From: Clostridia bacterium
Lineage (GTDB): Bacteria > Bacillota > DULZ01
Direction: 5' to 3'
Assembly: GCA_012512955.1 (NCBI GenBank)
Contig: JAAZDD010000165.1
Location: forward strand, 1-43,156
Length of the DNA: 43,156 nucleotides
Positions 1-9,589 of the stretch are shown in pieces (positions within the stretch are counted from its first letter, which is position 1; each line of letters starts with the position of its first letter). A program made the translations under genes and the position numbers. The notes under the pieces were generated by a model that saw nothing but the letters and a program-made list of their open reading frames with translations, did not search any database and was not told where the DNA came from.

Positions 1-533
1 AGAGACAGCAACAGTGGGGTTACCACTACAATGGCGATGATTTTAAAAATGTGGAGCACATCAATAGGCACATATTTTCCAACCATGGCTAACAGGTACC
101 AGGGAGCCAGAAAGGAACCGGTCAACAGTCCCACAACGGTCATTTTAATAGCGGCCCCTACATTGCCTTTACTTAACAAGGTCCAGGAAATAGTCATACC
201 GCTGGTAGGCAGGAGGGCGGCGACAGCCAGCCCGGCAAACATTTGAGGATGATGCTTCAAAAAGCTTCCACCTAACCCATAGGCCAGTAACGGGATTAAA
301 GCAAAATTTAAGAGGATGGACCAGAACACTACTTTACCATAAGTTAAACTAAATGCTTCTTTAAGTTGAAAGCCGATCATGGTTGGATAGATCATTAAAA
401 AGGTGGCCGGCAAAATCAAAGATTTTAGGTCTGACAAGTCAAAAACATTGCCGCAAACAAAACCGGCTATGAGAACGGCAGGAATGACTACTACCAAATG
501 GTTCGAAGGGTAAAGTAAAACCCGTTTGATCAT
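1..533 (-). CDS. Integral membrane permease, N-terminal part (gene runs off the left edge). It resembles the bile acid:Na+ symporter / ACR3 (SBF-like) superfamily.
   Basis: Absent from the ORF track because it has no stop in the window. Minus-strand ATG at 531-533 is preceded by AGGAGG (540-545, 6-nt spacer). The translation MIKRVLLYPSNHLVVVIPAVLIAGFVCGNVFDLSDLKSLILPATFLMIYPTMIGFQLKE... stays open to position 1 and is mostly hydrophobic helices. The family guess is from memory of similar transporters, not a search. Confidence 0.6.
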   Translation of the reverse strand, partial: MIKRVLLYPSNHLVVVIPAVLIAGFVCGNVFDLSDLKSLILPATFLMIYPTMIGFQLKEAFSLTYGKVVFWSILLNFALIPLLAYGLGGSFLKHHPQMFAGLAVAALLPTSGMTISWTLLSKGNVGAAIKMTVVGLLTGSFLAPWYLLAMVGKYVPIDVLHIFKIIAIVVVTPLLLS

Positions 534-562
534 TCTTATCCTCCTTTCGAGCTGTGTCTACT

Positions 563-591
563 ATTTTACAACTATAATTTTTCGCTGTCAA
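563..591 (-). promoter_or_regulatory. Sigma-A type promoter for the left-edge permease
   Basis: On the minus strand: TTGACA (586-591), a 17-nt spacer, then TAAAAT (563-568). It sits about 20 nt upstream of the RBS. Confidence 0.6.
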
Positions 592-608
592 TTATAATTG
601 GCGAAAAA
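578..608. repeat. Inverted repeat overlapping the permease -35 box (possible operator)
   Basis: TTTTTCGC (578-585) pairs with GCGAAAAA (601-608). They enclose the 12-bp palindrome CAATTATAATTG (589-600). The element overlaps the minus-strand TTGACA. Confidence 0.4.
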
Positions 609-655
609 TAAAACCGGAAGCGAACCTGTTTTTTCTTTTGAGGTGGTTTGATTTT

Positions 656-664
656 TGGTATAAT
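656..664 (+). promoter_or_regulatory. Extended -10 element (TGgTATAAT) upstream of priA
   Basis: TGGTATAAT at 656-664, about 33 nt upstream of the favoured priA start. The -35 is only weak (TTGAGG, 15-nt spacer). Confidence 0.35.
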
Positions 665-696
665 ATACTTAATTGAAGCTGAAGGGAGGGATGGCG

Positions 697-2925
697 ATGA
701 TCCATAGACCTCAATATGCGGAGGTTGTGGTGGAGATCGCTGACAGAAAACTGGACCGTCCCTTCCATTACGAGATTCCGGCTCAACTGGAAGAAGTCGT
801 CAAACCCGGTGTACGGGTATTGGTACCTTTCGGTAACAGGAAGTTGGAAGGATATGTGGTGGGGCTGGTGCCCCGGGCAGAGGTGACGGAAACGAAGCCC
901 ATCTTGGCGGTCAGGGAGGGAGAACCGGTAATCAGTAACGAGCTCCTTCAATTGGCCCGGTGGATGGCTCTTTATTATATGTGTCCCCTGGTTACTGTAT
1001 TGCAAGCTTTTTTTCCCAAAAGAAACGGGAGTTCCCTCAAAACAACCCAGGAATGGTGTTTCCTGGAGCCTACAGTCACCGTAGGGACTGTGTCGACTGT
1101 TAGAAAGAGAGCCCCCAAACAAGGAGCCATTTTGGAACAATTACTGCAGGCAGGGCCTCTTCTTGTTCGTCAGTTGCTTCAGCTTACTGGTGCTGATCGG
1201 AGAAGTCTGATGTCCCTGGTGAGAAAAGGGTTGGTCCGCATTGATTGCCATGAAGCGGCGCCGGCGAGGGAAGCAGTCCCTGTTTTAGAGGAGCCCCCGG
1301 AGTTGACCGGGGAGCAGGAAAGGGTACTTGCCGCCATCGTACCTAAACTACATCCTCCTCAGCATGAAGTGTTTTTACTCCATGGTGTGACGGGCAGCGG
1401 TAAAACGGAGATTTATTTCCGGGCTTTGACCCGGGTTCTTGAGGCCGGATACCAGGCCATAGTCCTGTTTCCGGAGATATCTTTGACTACTCACCTGATT
1501 GAACGTTTTCATCAAAGATTCGGTTCCCGGGTGGAAGTACTGCACAGCCGATTGCCCATGAAGGAAAGACTGCTGACTTTGGACCGGATGGCCAAGGGCC
1601 ATGTGCCTATTGTGGTAGGTACCAGATCGGCAGTTTTTGCTCCCGTACCCAAATTAGGCTTGATTATCATCGATGAAGAACATGAAACCAGCTACCAACA
1701 GGAGGTCAATCCCAAATACCATGCTCGGGATGTGGCCCTGGTCAGGGCTTTTATTAATAAAGTGCCCCTTATCCTGGGCAGTGCTACTCCCTCATTGGAG
1801 AGTTATTATAAAGCCTGTCAGGGAAAGTTTACCCTGTTGAAAATGGGCAATCGGGTAGAAAGGAAACAATTGCCCAAAGTATTGGTAACGGATTTGCGGC
1901 AGGAGCAAAAAGACGGCAATGCTACCCTGTTCAGCAGATTGCTCCTGGAAAAGCTGCAGGAACGGCTTGAGGAAAAGGAGCAAACAATCCTTTTTTTGAA
2001 TAGAAGAGGATATGCCAATCTATTCAATTGCCGGGAGTGCGGTCAGGTCGTTAAATGTCAATACTGTGATGTATCCCTGACCTATTACGCTGAAAAACGG
2101 GTGTTGAAATGCCATTACTGCGGCTATACCCGCCCTGTTCCCAACCGGTGTCCTTCCTGTGGCGGTAGCAGGGTCAGGCCTTTAGGGGCCGGTACGGAAA
2201 AAGTGGAAAAAGAGCTTTTAGAATACTTTCCCCAGGCGCGAGTGGTGAGAATAGACAGTGACACTGTCAGAAAAAAGGGCGATTATGAGCGCTTGTTGGG
2301 TCTTTTTGAAAACAGGCTGGCCGATGTGATGATCGGTACTCAAATGGTGGCTAAAGGACTGGATTTCCCGGGAGTGACTCTTGTAGGAGTGATCCTGGCG
2401 GATCAAATGCTTAGTTTTCCAGACTTCCGGGCCAGGGAAAGGGGCTTTCAGCTTTTGACCCAGGTAGCCGGCCGGGCAGGCAGGGGGACCGGTCTTGGTG
2501 AGGTTATCATTCAGACCTTTGTCCCTGACGATCCTACCATCAATGCGGCGGCAGGCCATGATTTTGAGCAGTTTTTTAGTCAGGAGATTCGACTGCGGCG
2601 CCTCCTGGGATATCCTCCATTTAATCATTTGATCCGGATCCTGGTGACCGGGGAACGGGAAGAACGGTGCGAAGCTGGCGCCAGAGAAATTGCCGACAGG
2701 ATTAACAGCCATCGCAGCCAGGGAGAAGCCGATTTACTGGGTCCTACTCCTGCCCCGTTGACCAAGATCAAAAATGTCTACCGTTGGCAATTGATCTTGA
2801 AAGGTCCCCGGATTAAAGAAATGCGGCGACTGGTGGCAGTGGCTTTGCGGGAAGCGGCCCAGGGAGGAAGGCTGCCCCGGGGTATTCGCATCAATTTGGA
2901 TATAGATCCTTTGGGATTGTTATAA
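697..2925 (+). CDS. priA: Primosomal replication-restart helicase PriA
   Basis: ORF 673-2925. Walker A GVTGSGKTE, DEEH box, and the Cys-rich zinc region CRECGQVVKCQYCDVSLTYYAEKRVLKCHYCGYTRPVPNRCPSCG. The ATG at 697 is 6 nt after GGGAGGG; TTG 673 and ATG 691 are alternative starts. Confidence 0.95.
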   Translation: MIHRPQYAEVVVEIADRKLDRPFHYEIPAQLEEVVKPGVRVLVPFGNRKLEGYVVGLVPRAEVTETKPILAVREGEPVISNELLQLARWMALYYMCPLVTVLQAFFPKRNGSSLKTTQEWCFLEPTVTVGTVSTVRKRAPKQGAILEQLLQAGPLLVRQLLQLTGADRRSLMSLVRKGLVRIDCHEAAPAREAVPVLEEPPELTGEQERVLAAIVPKLHPPQHEVFLLHGVTGSGKTEIYFRALTRVLEAGYQAIVLFPEISLTTHLIERFHQRFGSRVEVLHSRLPMKERLLTLDRMAKGHVPIVVGTRSAVFAPVPKLGLIIIDEEHETSYQQEVNPKYHARDVALVRAFINKVPLILGSATPSLESYYKACQGKFTLLKMGNRVERKQLPKVLVTDLRQEQKDGNATLFSRLLLEKLQERLEEKEQTILFLNRRGYANLFNCRECGQVVKCQYCDVSLTYYAEKRVLKCHYCGYTRPVPNRCPSCGGSRVRPLGAGTEKVEKELLEYFPQARVVRIDSDTVRKKGDYERLLGLFENRLADVMIGTQMVAKGLDFPGVTLVGVILADQMLSFPDFRARERGFQLLTQVAGRAGRGTGLGEVIIQTFVPDDPTINAAAGHDFEQFFSQEIRLRRLLGYPPFNHLIRILVTGEREERCEAGAREIADRINSHRSQGEADLLGPTPAPLTKIKNVYRWQLILKGPRIKEMRRLVAVALREAAQGGRLPRGIRINLDIDPLGLL

Positions 2926-2943
2926 ATAGAGAGGGGTAATAAA

Positions 2944-3387
2944 GTGGCCATCTATCAGATTGTGAAAATAGGGGATCCTATTTTACGGGATAAAGCTAAG
3001 CCAGTTACCAAATTCAATACCAGTCTGGAGAAGCTGCTGGTCAACATGGCGGATACCATGTATGATGCCGAAGGTGTAGGCTTGGCGGCGCCGCAGATCG
3101 GAGTGTCCAAAAGAGTGGTTGTCATTGATGTAGGGGAAGGTCTTTTGGAACTGGTTAATCCTCAGCTTATTGAAGTGGAAGGGGAAGAAACCGCCCCAGA
3201 AGGATGTTTGAGTATTCCGGGCCGGCAGGGAAACGTAAAAAGAGCAAGCCGGGTTAAAGTCCGGTACCAGGACCGGACCGGCCGGGAAATGACTATAGAA
3301 GGAGAAGGGCTTTTAGCCAGGGCTTTGCAACACGAAATCGATCATCTAGACGGGATACTGTTCGTTGATAAATTGGTGAAAGAGTGA
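2944..3387 (+). CDS. def: Peptide deformylase
   Basis: All three deformylase motifs are present: [26 protein letters not shown] start follows GAGAGGGG. Confidence 0.95.
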   Translation: MAIYQIVKIGDPILRDKAKPVTKFNTSLEKLLVNMADTMYDAEGVGLAAPQIGVSKRVVVIDVGEGLLELVNPQLIEVEGEETAPEGCLSIPGRQGNVKRASRVKVRYQDRTGREMTIEGEGLLARALQHEIDHLDGILFVDKLVKE

Positions 3388-3401
3388 GGTGTTGATGTTA
3401 C

Positions 3402-4340
3402 TTGCGGATTGTATTTCTGGGAACGGCTGATTTTGCGGTTCCTTGTCTAAAAGCAGTTTATGAGGCAGGGCACCGGTTGGTGGGTGTAGTTACTCAACCG
3501 GATCGTCCCAAAGGAAGAGGCAGAAAACTGTCGCCCCCTCCGGTGAAGCAAATGGCCCAGGCATTGGGGTTAAAGGTTTTGCAGCCGGAAAAGATCAAGG
3601 AGCCACAGGCGATAGAACAGATTCGGCTTTTAAACCCTGATTGTTTGGTGGTGGTGGCCTACGGCCAGTTATTGCCGAAAACCCTGTTGGAAATGACCCC
3701 CTACGGCTGCATCAATGTTCACGCCTCCTTGCTTCCCAAGTACCGGGGAGCTGCTCCCATTCACCGGGCCATCATGGAGGGATGCAGGGAGCCCGGCACT
3801 ACTACCATGTTTGTGACGGAAAAGTTGGATGCTGGGGATATCATCCTCCAGTCCAGGCGGGAAATTGAGCCGGAGATGAATGTGGGTGAACTTCACGACT
3901 TGCTGGCGGTTGACGGGGCCAAATTGCTGGTGGAGACCCTGGCCTTGTTGAAGGAAGGCGCGGCGGTAAGAAGGCCTCAAGACGAAGAAGTGGCTACTTA
4001 CGCCCCTATATTGAAGAGAGAAGATGAGCTGATCCACTGGCACCGGCCCGCCCAGGTAATCGTCAACCATGTGCGGGGGATGGATCCCTGGCCGGGAGCT
4101 TATACCCTTTGGCAGGGCAAGAATCTGAAGCTTTGGAAAGCGACACTGGAACCGGGTTGTTTTGAAGCGGCACCGGGAACCGTTGTTGCCGCCGGCGACG
4201 AGGGTTTGTTGGTGGCTGGGGGAGATGGACAAGGAGTATTGATCAAGGAACTGCAGCTTCAGGGCAGGAAACGGATGGCTGTCAAAGAATTTCTCAAAGG
4301 CAACTCTTTATTGCCTGGGACCGTATTAGGATGTGATTGA
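3402..4340 (+). CDS. fmt: Methionyl-tRNA formyltransferase
   Basis: MRIVFLGTADFAVPCL N-terminus, HASLLPKYRGAAPI motif, C-terminal tRNA-binding domain. TTG start. Conserved def-fmt order. Confidence 0.95.
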   Translation: MRIVFLGTADFAVPCLKAVYEAGHRLVGVVTQPDRPKGRGRKLSPPPVKQMAQALGLKVLQPEKIKEPQAIEQIRLLNPDCLVVVAYGQLLPKTLLEMTPYGCINVHASLLPKYRGAAPIHRAIMEGCREPGTTTMFVTEKLDAGDIILQSRREIEPEMNVGELHDLLAVDGAKLLVETLALLKEGAAVRRPQDEEVATYAPILKREDELIHWHRPAQVIVNHVRGMDPWPGAYTLWQGKNLKLWKATLEPGCFEAAPGTVVAAGDEGLLVAGGDGQGVLIKELQLQGRKRMAVKEFLKGNSLLPGTVLGCD

Positions 4341-5142
4341 GATGCCCATCAAAAAAAGATTATTTGTGGCCCTATTGGCGATCAGTGTTGTATTTCTTGG
4401 GGGATTGGCCATAATTGTATGGTATCTACTCACTCACCAGGGAATATTACTGAATCAGATTATTTTTGCTTTACTGATTGGGGGAGCTGCCCTGTTTCTC
4501 GTTGTTATCGGCCTGGGGATTCTGTTTCTGGTCTTGGCCCTATGGAGTGCGGGAGGCATCCAGACGCCACGGAATATGATGTTGTTGGCAGTTAACAGTT
4601 TGTTTCCCTTAGCGCTGACTTTAGGACAATTGGTTGGGATCGACAGGGAAAAAATCCGGGCTTCCTTCATCGCCGTCAATAACCAGCTGGTGCATAACAG
4701 AGGGGTTCATGTTAACCCCCAGGATCTGCTGATCCTGGCTCCTCATTGCCTTCAATGGAGTGGCTGCCCTCACAAAATTACGATGGACGTGAACAACTGC
4801 AAAGGTTGCGGCAAATGTCCCATTGATGACCTGCGCCGGTTAGCAGATACTTATGGAGTACAATTGGCGGTGGTCACCGGAGGTACTTTGGCCAGGAGCT
4901 TTGTCAGGAAGCACCGGCCTAAAGCGATTGTGGCCGTGGCTTGCGAACGGGATTTGACCAGTGGTATTCAGGATGTGAAAAATGTGCCGGTCATGGGGAT
5001 TTTAAACAGCAGACCCCAGGGGCCTTGCTTTAATACGCTGGTAGACATTAAACAGGTGGAAGAGTCTTTAAGGGAGTTTTTGGGCATGGCACCGGGGAAA
5101 AATGAAGAGCCCCGTGGTATAAATTATCGATTAGGAGGTTGA
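4333..5142 (+). CDS. DUF116-family membrane protein with a Cys-rich cytoplasmic domain
   Basis: Three N-terminal hydrophobic helices, then CLQWSGCPHKITMDVNNCKGCGKCP...VACERD. The start overlaps the fmt stop (GTG 4333, or ATG 4342 two nt after the stop). The family name is from memory of Clostridial fmt neighbourhoods. Confidence 0.6.
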   Translation: MIEMPIKKRLFVALLAISVVFLGGLAIIVWYLLTHQGILLNQIIFALLIGGAALFLVVIGLGILFLVLALWSAGGIQTPRNMMLLAVNSLFPLALTLGQLVGIDREKIRASFIAVNNQLVHNRGVHVNPQDLLILAPHCLQWSGCPHKITMDVNNCKGCGKCPIDDLRRLADTYGVQLAVVTGGTLARSFVRKHRPKAIVAVACERDLTSGIQDVKNVPVMGILNSRPQGPCFNTLVDIKQVEESLREFLGMAPGKNEEPRGINYRLGG

Positions 5143-5147
5143 TGAAC

Positions 5148-5846
5148 ATGCCAATGCCATTGTTCTTCGATTGGACAATGATTTTATTAATTCCTGCCAT
5201 TCTATTGTCCCTGTACGCCCAGGCCAAGGTTCAGGGTGCCTATGCAAAATGGTCTCAAGTCCGGTCGGCCAGCGGTATTTCCGGTGCTATGGCGGCCAGA
5301 GAGTTGTTGAATCGGGCGGGACTTGACCATGTTAGGGTTGAAATGGTTCAGGGCCATTTAACTGACCATTACGATCCACGCACTAAAACCCTTCGATTGT
5401 CACCCCAGGTTTATAACAGCAGTTCCATTGCGGCTTTAGGGATTGCGGCCCACGAAACGGGTCATGCCATTCAACATGATGTTGGTTATTACCCTTTAGC
5501 TTTGCGCAATAGTTTGGTTCCGGTGGCTAATTTTGGCTCCAACCTGGCTTTTCCTCTGATTATTCTCGGGCTGCTCATGGGTTTGCCTAAACTGGCCATT
5601 TGGGGTGTTTATGCTTTTACGGCGGTGGTTCTCTTTCAACTGGTAACCTTACCCGTGGAGTTTAACGCTTCCAGCCGGGCGGTGGCCTTGCTGGAGGGCA
5701 GCGGTTTCATTACCAGAAATGAAGTGGCCCCTACCAAAGCCGTGTTGAATGCGGCAGCGCTCACTTATGTGGCGGCTGCCGTAACGGCAGTGCTCAACTT
5801 GTTGAGACTTTTGATCATATCCGGAGTGTTGCGGAGAGATGAATAA
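5148..5846 (+). CDS. yugP: Membrane zinc metallopeptidase, YugP-like (Zn_peptidase_2 family)
   Basis: HETGHAIQH zinc motif and flanking TM helices. Strong resemblance to the B. subtilis YugP pattern (GHLTDHYDPR...LRLS). ATG 5148 is 9 nt after AGGAGG. The ORF-track start 5139 overlaps the upstream stop. Confidence 0.75.
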   Translation: MPMPLFFDWTMILLIPAILLSLYAQAKVQGAYAKWSQVRSASGISGAMAARELLNRAGLDHVRVEMVQGHLTDHYDPRTKTLRLSPQVYNSSSIAALGIAAHETGHAIQHDVGYYPLALRNSLVPVANFGSNLAFPLIILGLLMGLPKLAIWGVYAFTAVVLFQLVTLPVEFNASSRAVALLEGSGFITRNEVAPTKAVLNAAALTYVAAAVTAVLNLLRLLIISGVLRRDE

Positions 5847-7236
5847 TAAACAGCATGTGAGGGGAAGGCATGACGCCCGAAGCCTTGCCCTGGAAACCTT
5901 AATCCATATTTTTGAAGAAGGTGCCTATGCTAACATTGCTGTTAATGAAGGTCTGCAACGATTTCCTCTCAAAGGCCCCGAACGGGGTCTTTTTACTGAG
6001 CTGGTCTACGGTACCACCAGAACGAGAAATACTTTGGACTGGGCATTAGCTCATTTTCTGAAAAAGGACCTGGCCGGGTTTACGCCTGCCATCAGGAATT
6101 TGTTGCGCCTGGGAGCATACCAATTGTTGTATTTGGAACGGGTTCCTGCCCGGGCGGTGGTGCACCGGTCGGTGGAACTGGCCAAAAGATACGGACACCA
6201 AGGAGTGGCAGGTCTGGTCAACGGTGTGCTCCGCAATCTGATTCGCAGGCGTCATGAACTGGTATTTCCGGATTTGGAGAAGGAACCGGTTCAACATATA
6301 GCTTTAAAATACTCCCATCCCCAATGGCTGGTCAGCCGTTGGGTGGAAGAGTACGGGATTGAAGCCACCATCGAGCTCTGCAGGTATAATAACAGTCCTG
6401 CACCCCTGACGCTACGGGTCAATACCCTGAAGATTACCAGGGAGGAACTGGTACAGAAGCTCGCACGGCGGGGCATCGAAGCGGCTTACAGCAGGTATGT
6501 GCCGGAAGGATTGGTGGTGGAAGGTTGGCCCGGCCTAGAGGAAGTGGAGGAATTCCAGGAAGGTTTGTTCCTGATGCAGGATGAGAGCTCCATGCTGGTG
6601 GCCCACGCTTTGAAACCGAGGAAAGGAGCCCTGGTCATCGACGCTTGTGCTGCACCGGGGACTAAGACCACCCACCTGGCCCAATTAATGGAGGATACGG
6701 GACAAATCATTGCGATAGATGTCCACGAACATAAGCTGGATTTGATCCGGCAGAATTGCCGGCGGCTGGGGATTGGCTCGGTTAAAGCTATGCTGGGGGA
6801 CGCCAGGGATTTAAACAAATTTGCCGGTCATCAGGCCGGTTATGTGTTGGTGGATGCTCCTTGCTCGGGTTTAGGAGTGCTGGGCAGGCGAGCTGATGCT
6901 CGCTGGCGGAAAACCCCGGAGGGGCTGGCGGCTTTGACGGAAATGCAACTGGCAGTTTTGCAAGGGGGAGCCGCTGCCGTGGCAGAAGGCGGTGTGCTGG
7001 TTTACAGCACCTGTTCCATTGCTCCGGAAGAGAACCGGCAAGTGGTGGAACATTTTTTGGCTATCAACCCGGATTTTGAGCCGGAAGATTTGACCGGGGT
7101 TTTGCCTGGCGGCATTATCAGGGAAGAACAGCAGGAAAGAGCCAAAAAGGGTATATTGCAAATCCTGCCCCAGCTTCACGGAATTGACGGGTTTTTTATT
7201 GCCCGCTTACGCAAGAAAAGAGGAGCGGGAGTCTGA
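5839..7236 (+). CDS. rsmB: 16S rRNA m5C967 methyltransferase RsmB (Sun)
   Basis: NusB-like N-terminal domain. SAM/catalytic motifs DACAAPGTKT, DAPCSGLG, YSTCS. Overlaps the upstream stop by 8 nt. Confidence 0.9.
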   Translation: MNNKQHVRGRHDARSLALETLIHIFEEGAYANIAVNEGLQRFPLKGPERGLFTELVYGTTRTRNTLDWALAHFLKKDLAGFTPAIRNLLRLGAYQLLYLERVPARAVVHRSVELAKRYGHQGVAGLVNGVLRNLIRRRHELVFPDLEKEPVQHIALKYSHPQWLVSRWVEEYGIEATIELCRYNNSPAPLTLRVNTLKITREELVQKLARRGIEAAYSRYVPEGLVVEGWPGLEEVEEFQEGLFLMQDESSMLVAHALKPRKGALVIDACAAPGTKTTHLAQLMEDTGQIIAIDVHEHKLDLIRQNCRRLGIGSVKAMLGDARDLNKFAGHQAGYVLVDAPCSGLGVLGRRADARWRKTPEGLAALTEMQLAVLQGGAAAVAEGGVLVYSTCSIAPEENRQVVEHFLAINPDFEPEDLTGVLPGGIIREEQQERAKKGILQILPQLHGIDGFFIARLRKKRGAGV

Positions 7237-7289
7237 GCAAAGACTTTTTTGCTCATACTATAGCATAAAGGGAGCGAAAGGGGACCGAA

Positions 7290-8369
7290 GTGAACAAAGG
7301 GCATATACGGAATTTAGACTGGGCCGGTTTGGAGACAGAAATCCGGGGAATGGGACAACCTCCCTTCCGGGCGAAACAAGTCTTTCAGTGGGTGCAGCAA
7401 AAGGGGGTATCCCACTGGGAGGAGATGACTAATGTCCCGAAAACCATCAGGGATCAATTGGCGGTTAAATATGAATTAGCCGGTCTGTCGGTTCTCAAAC
7501 GGGATGTTTCCAAACTGGACGGGACAGTTAAATATTTGTTGGGGCTGAAGGACGGCGAAACCGTTGAAACGGTGCTGATGGCTTATGAGGAGCAGGAGGG
7601 CAGGGACCGGAAAACTGTCTGTGTATCTACGCAAGTTGGCTGTCCTTTGGGGTGTTCCTTCTGCGCTACCGGTAAATGGGGATTTATACGCAATCTGGAA
7701 GTAAATGAAATACTGGGACAGGTATTGGCAGTTAATCAGGACCTGTCCCGGAAAGGTGAGGCTCCGGTTACTAACCTGGTTTTCATGGGGATGGGGGAGC
7801 CATTGCTTAATTATGATCATTTAATCAAGTCCCTGCGGATTTTAAATCACCCTGACGGATTGAACATCAGTTTGCGGCGGATCAGTGTTTCTACCAGCGG
7901 GATTGTGCCGGGTATTCGTCGCTTAGCTCAGGAGGGAATGCCCCTGGTATTGGCCGTTTCCTTGCATGCTCCTAACAATGAACTTCGGGACCGGCTGATG
8001 CCCATTAACCGGCGGTATCCTTTGGAGGAATTGCTGGACGCTTGCTATTACTGGGTGAGTGAGACCAACCGGCGCATTACCTTTGAGTATATCTTGCTGG
8101 CGGGGATTAATGATAATTTGCAACAGGCCCGGGAACTGGCGGAGCTGTTAAAGGGACTATTAGCCAATGTTAATTTGATTCCTTATAACGGAGTGGCAGA
8201 GGCTCCTTTTCGTCAGCCTTCCCGGAACCGGATCACGGCTTTTCGTCGCTATTTGGAGGAACATGGGGTTACAGCTGTAGTCAGAGAAGAAAGGGGCAGC
8301 GATATTGCCGCTGCCTGTGGTCAATTACGTGGACAGGAAATGAGGGGTAAGGATGATTACCAGATTTGA
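7290..8369 (+). CDS. rlmN: Radical-SAM 23S rRNA/tRNA A2503 methyltransferase RlmN
   Basis: CPLGCSFCATG radical-SAM cluster and typical FRAKQVFQWV N-terminus. GTG start 5 nt after AAAGGGGA. Confidence 0.95.
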   Translation: MNKGHIRNLDWAGLETEIRGMGQPPFRAKQVFQWVQQKGVSHWEEMTNVPKTIRDQLAVKYELAGLSVLKRDVSKLDGTVKYLLGLKDGETVETVLMAYEEQEGRDRKTVCVSTQVGCPLGCSFCATGKWGFIRNLEVNEILGQVLAVNQDLSRKGEAPVTNLVFMGMGEPLLNYDHLIKSLRILNHPDGLNISLRRISVSTSGIVPGIRRLAQEGMPLVLAVSLHAPNNELRDRLMPINRRYPLEELLDACYYWVSETNRRITFEYILLAGINDNLQQARELAELLKGLLANVNLIPYNGVAEAPFRQPSRNRITAFRRYLEEHGVTAVVREERGSDIAAACGQLRGQEMRGKDDYQI

Positions 8370-9111
8370 AGATTTCTTAGGAACACGATTGGAAGGGTTA
8401 TTCAAACGTGCTTTTCCAAGGCCCCTGGAGCCCGGTGATCTGGCTAAAGCTCTTTACAGACATATGCTCAGGCAGCGCCTGAAAAGTATTAAATATGTTT
8501 ATGCACCCAATTTCTACCTACTGCGCATGAACCCCAGAGATTACCAGGGTTTTGCTTCTTATCAACAAGCATTGGTGAGGGAGTTGGCCGATTACCTGGA
8601 AAAGAAAGCCAGGGAAAGGAATTTACATTTGCTTACACCCTTGGAGATCAAGTTGGATTACGATCCCCAGGTGCCCCAAGGCAAAATTGCTGTTTTTGGA
8701 CGTCTTCAGGAAGGATTGGACTCTGCCGCCAATCATGAGCAAGGTATCGAGGAAATGGATACATTGGTTTATCATCAAGGCGGGGCAATTCAGAAAAAGG
8801 ATACAGTTTACTATTCCTGGCTGGTGGAGGTAGTGGAAGGAGTTGACAAAGGACAGTCTTTTCCCCTGGTCAAAAGCCGGAATCTGATCGGACGTCAGGC
8901 AACAGCGGAAATCAGTTTGCTGGATCCCAGCGTTTCCCGCCATCATGCCCAAATTGAGGTGCTGCCTCATCAGGTATTGCTAACGGATCTGGGCAGCACT
9001 AATGGCACTTACTGTCAGGGAAAACCGGTGGACACGGTGTTGTTGAGCCCGGGGGACCGTTTTCAGGTAGGTAACAGCACTTTAGAGTTGCAGGAGAACG
9101 GTTATGATTAA
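8353..9111 (+). CDS. FhaA-like protein: DUF3662-type N-terminal domain plus C-terminal FHA domain
   Basis: The N-terminus FEDFLGTRLEGLFKRAF...LEPGDLAKAL resembles mycobacterial FhaA. C-terminal FHA signature: IGR...D..VSRHHA....L.DLGSTNGT. Overlaps the rlmN end by 17 nt. Confidence 0.75.
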   Translation: MITRFEDFLGTRLEGLFKRAFPRPLEPGDLAKALYRHMLRQRLKSIKYVYAPNFYLLRMNPRDYQGFASYQQALVRELADYLEKKARERNLHLLTPLEIKLDYDPQVPQGKIAVFGRLQEGLDSAANHEQGIEEMDTLVYHQGGAIQKKDTVYYSWLVEVVEGVDKGQSFPLVKSRNLIGRQATAEISLLDPSVSRHHAQIEVLPHQVLLTDLGSTNGTYCQGKPVDTVLLSPGDRFQVGNSTLELQENGYD

Positions 9112-9589
9112 TCTGCTGGCTGTTGCTTTGCTAAGGTTTGTACCCTTATTGTTGCTCCTGGTCTTTTCTTGCGGAGTGGTACTGGTCTTAACAAGAGAAC
9201 ACCTTTCCCGCCGGTATTCCCGGGTCACCACAGCCTACTATCTGGTGGTGAAGAAGAATTTAAGCGGAACAGGGCCTTTGGCAGGAGAAAGATGGCTAAT
9301 AGACGAAAAAATCAGTATAGGAAGATCTCCCCAAAATGATGTAATCATCGACGTCCCCTATGTTTCTGCCCGGCACGCTCAGTTGGAAAAGCGGGGAGAA
9401 GAATTATGGATTCAAGATCTAAACAGTACTAACGGGACAGTGGTTAACGGTCATCGCATTAGGGGGGAAAGGCAGATCAGTTGTCAGGACTCCGTTTCCA
9501 TTGGCGGAGTTTTTTTGGGAGTTGAAAGGGGGGAATTGGATGCAGACTGCAGTTCGAACCCACGCCGGGTTAGTCAGGCAGCAGAATGA
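9104..9589 (+). CDS. FhaB/FipA-like membrane-anchored FHA-domain protein
   Basis: One N-terminal TM helix, then the FHA signature IGRSPQNDVIID..YVSARHAQL...LWIQDLNSTNGTVVNG. ATG follows AGGAGA. Confidence 0.75.
   Translation: MINLLAVALLRFVPLLLLLVFSCGVVLVLTREHLSRRYSRVTTAYYLVVKKNLSGTGPLAGERWLIDEKISIGRSPQNDVIIDVPYVSARHAQLEKRGEELWIQDLNSTNGTVVNGHRIRGERQISCQDSVSIGGVFLGVERGELDADCSSNPRRVSQAAE

Noticed and set aside
7234-7255. Hairpin TGAGCAAA / TTTGCTCA right after the rsmB stop.
   Set aside because: It is an 8-bp A/T-rich stem with no downstream U tract. rlmN follows 35 nt later and is probably co-transcribed. It is unlikely to be a functional terminator.
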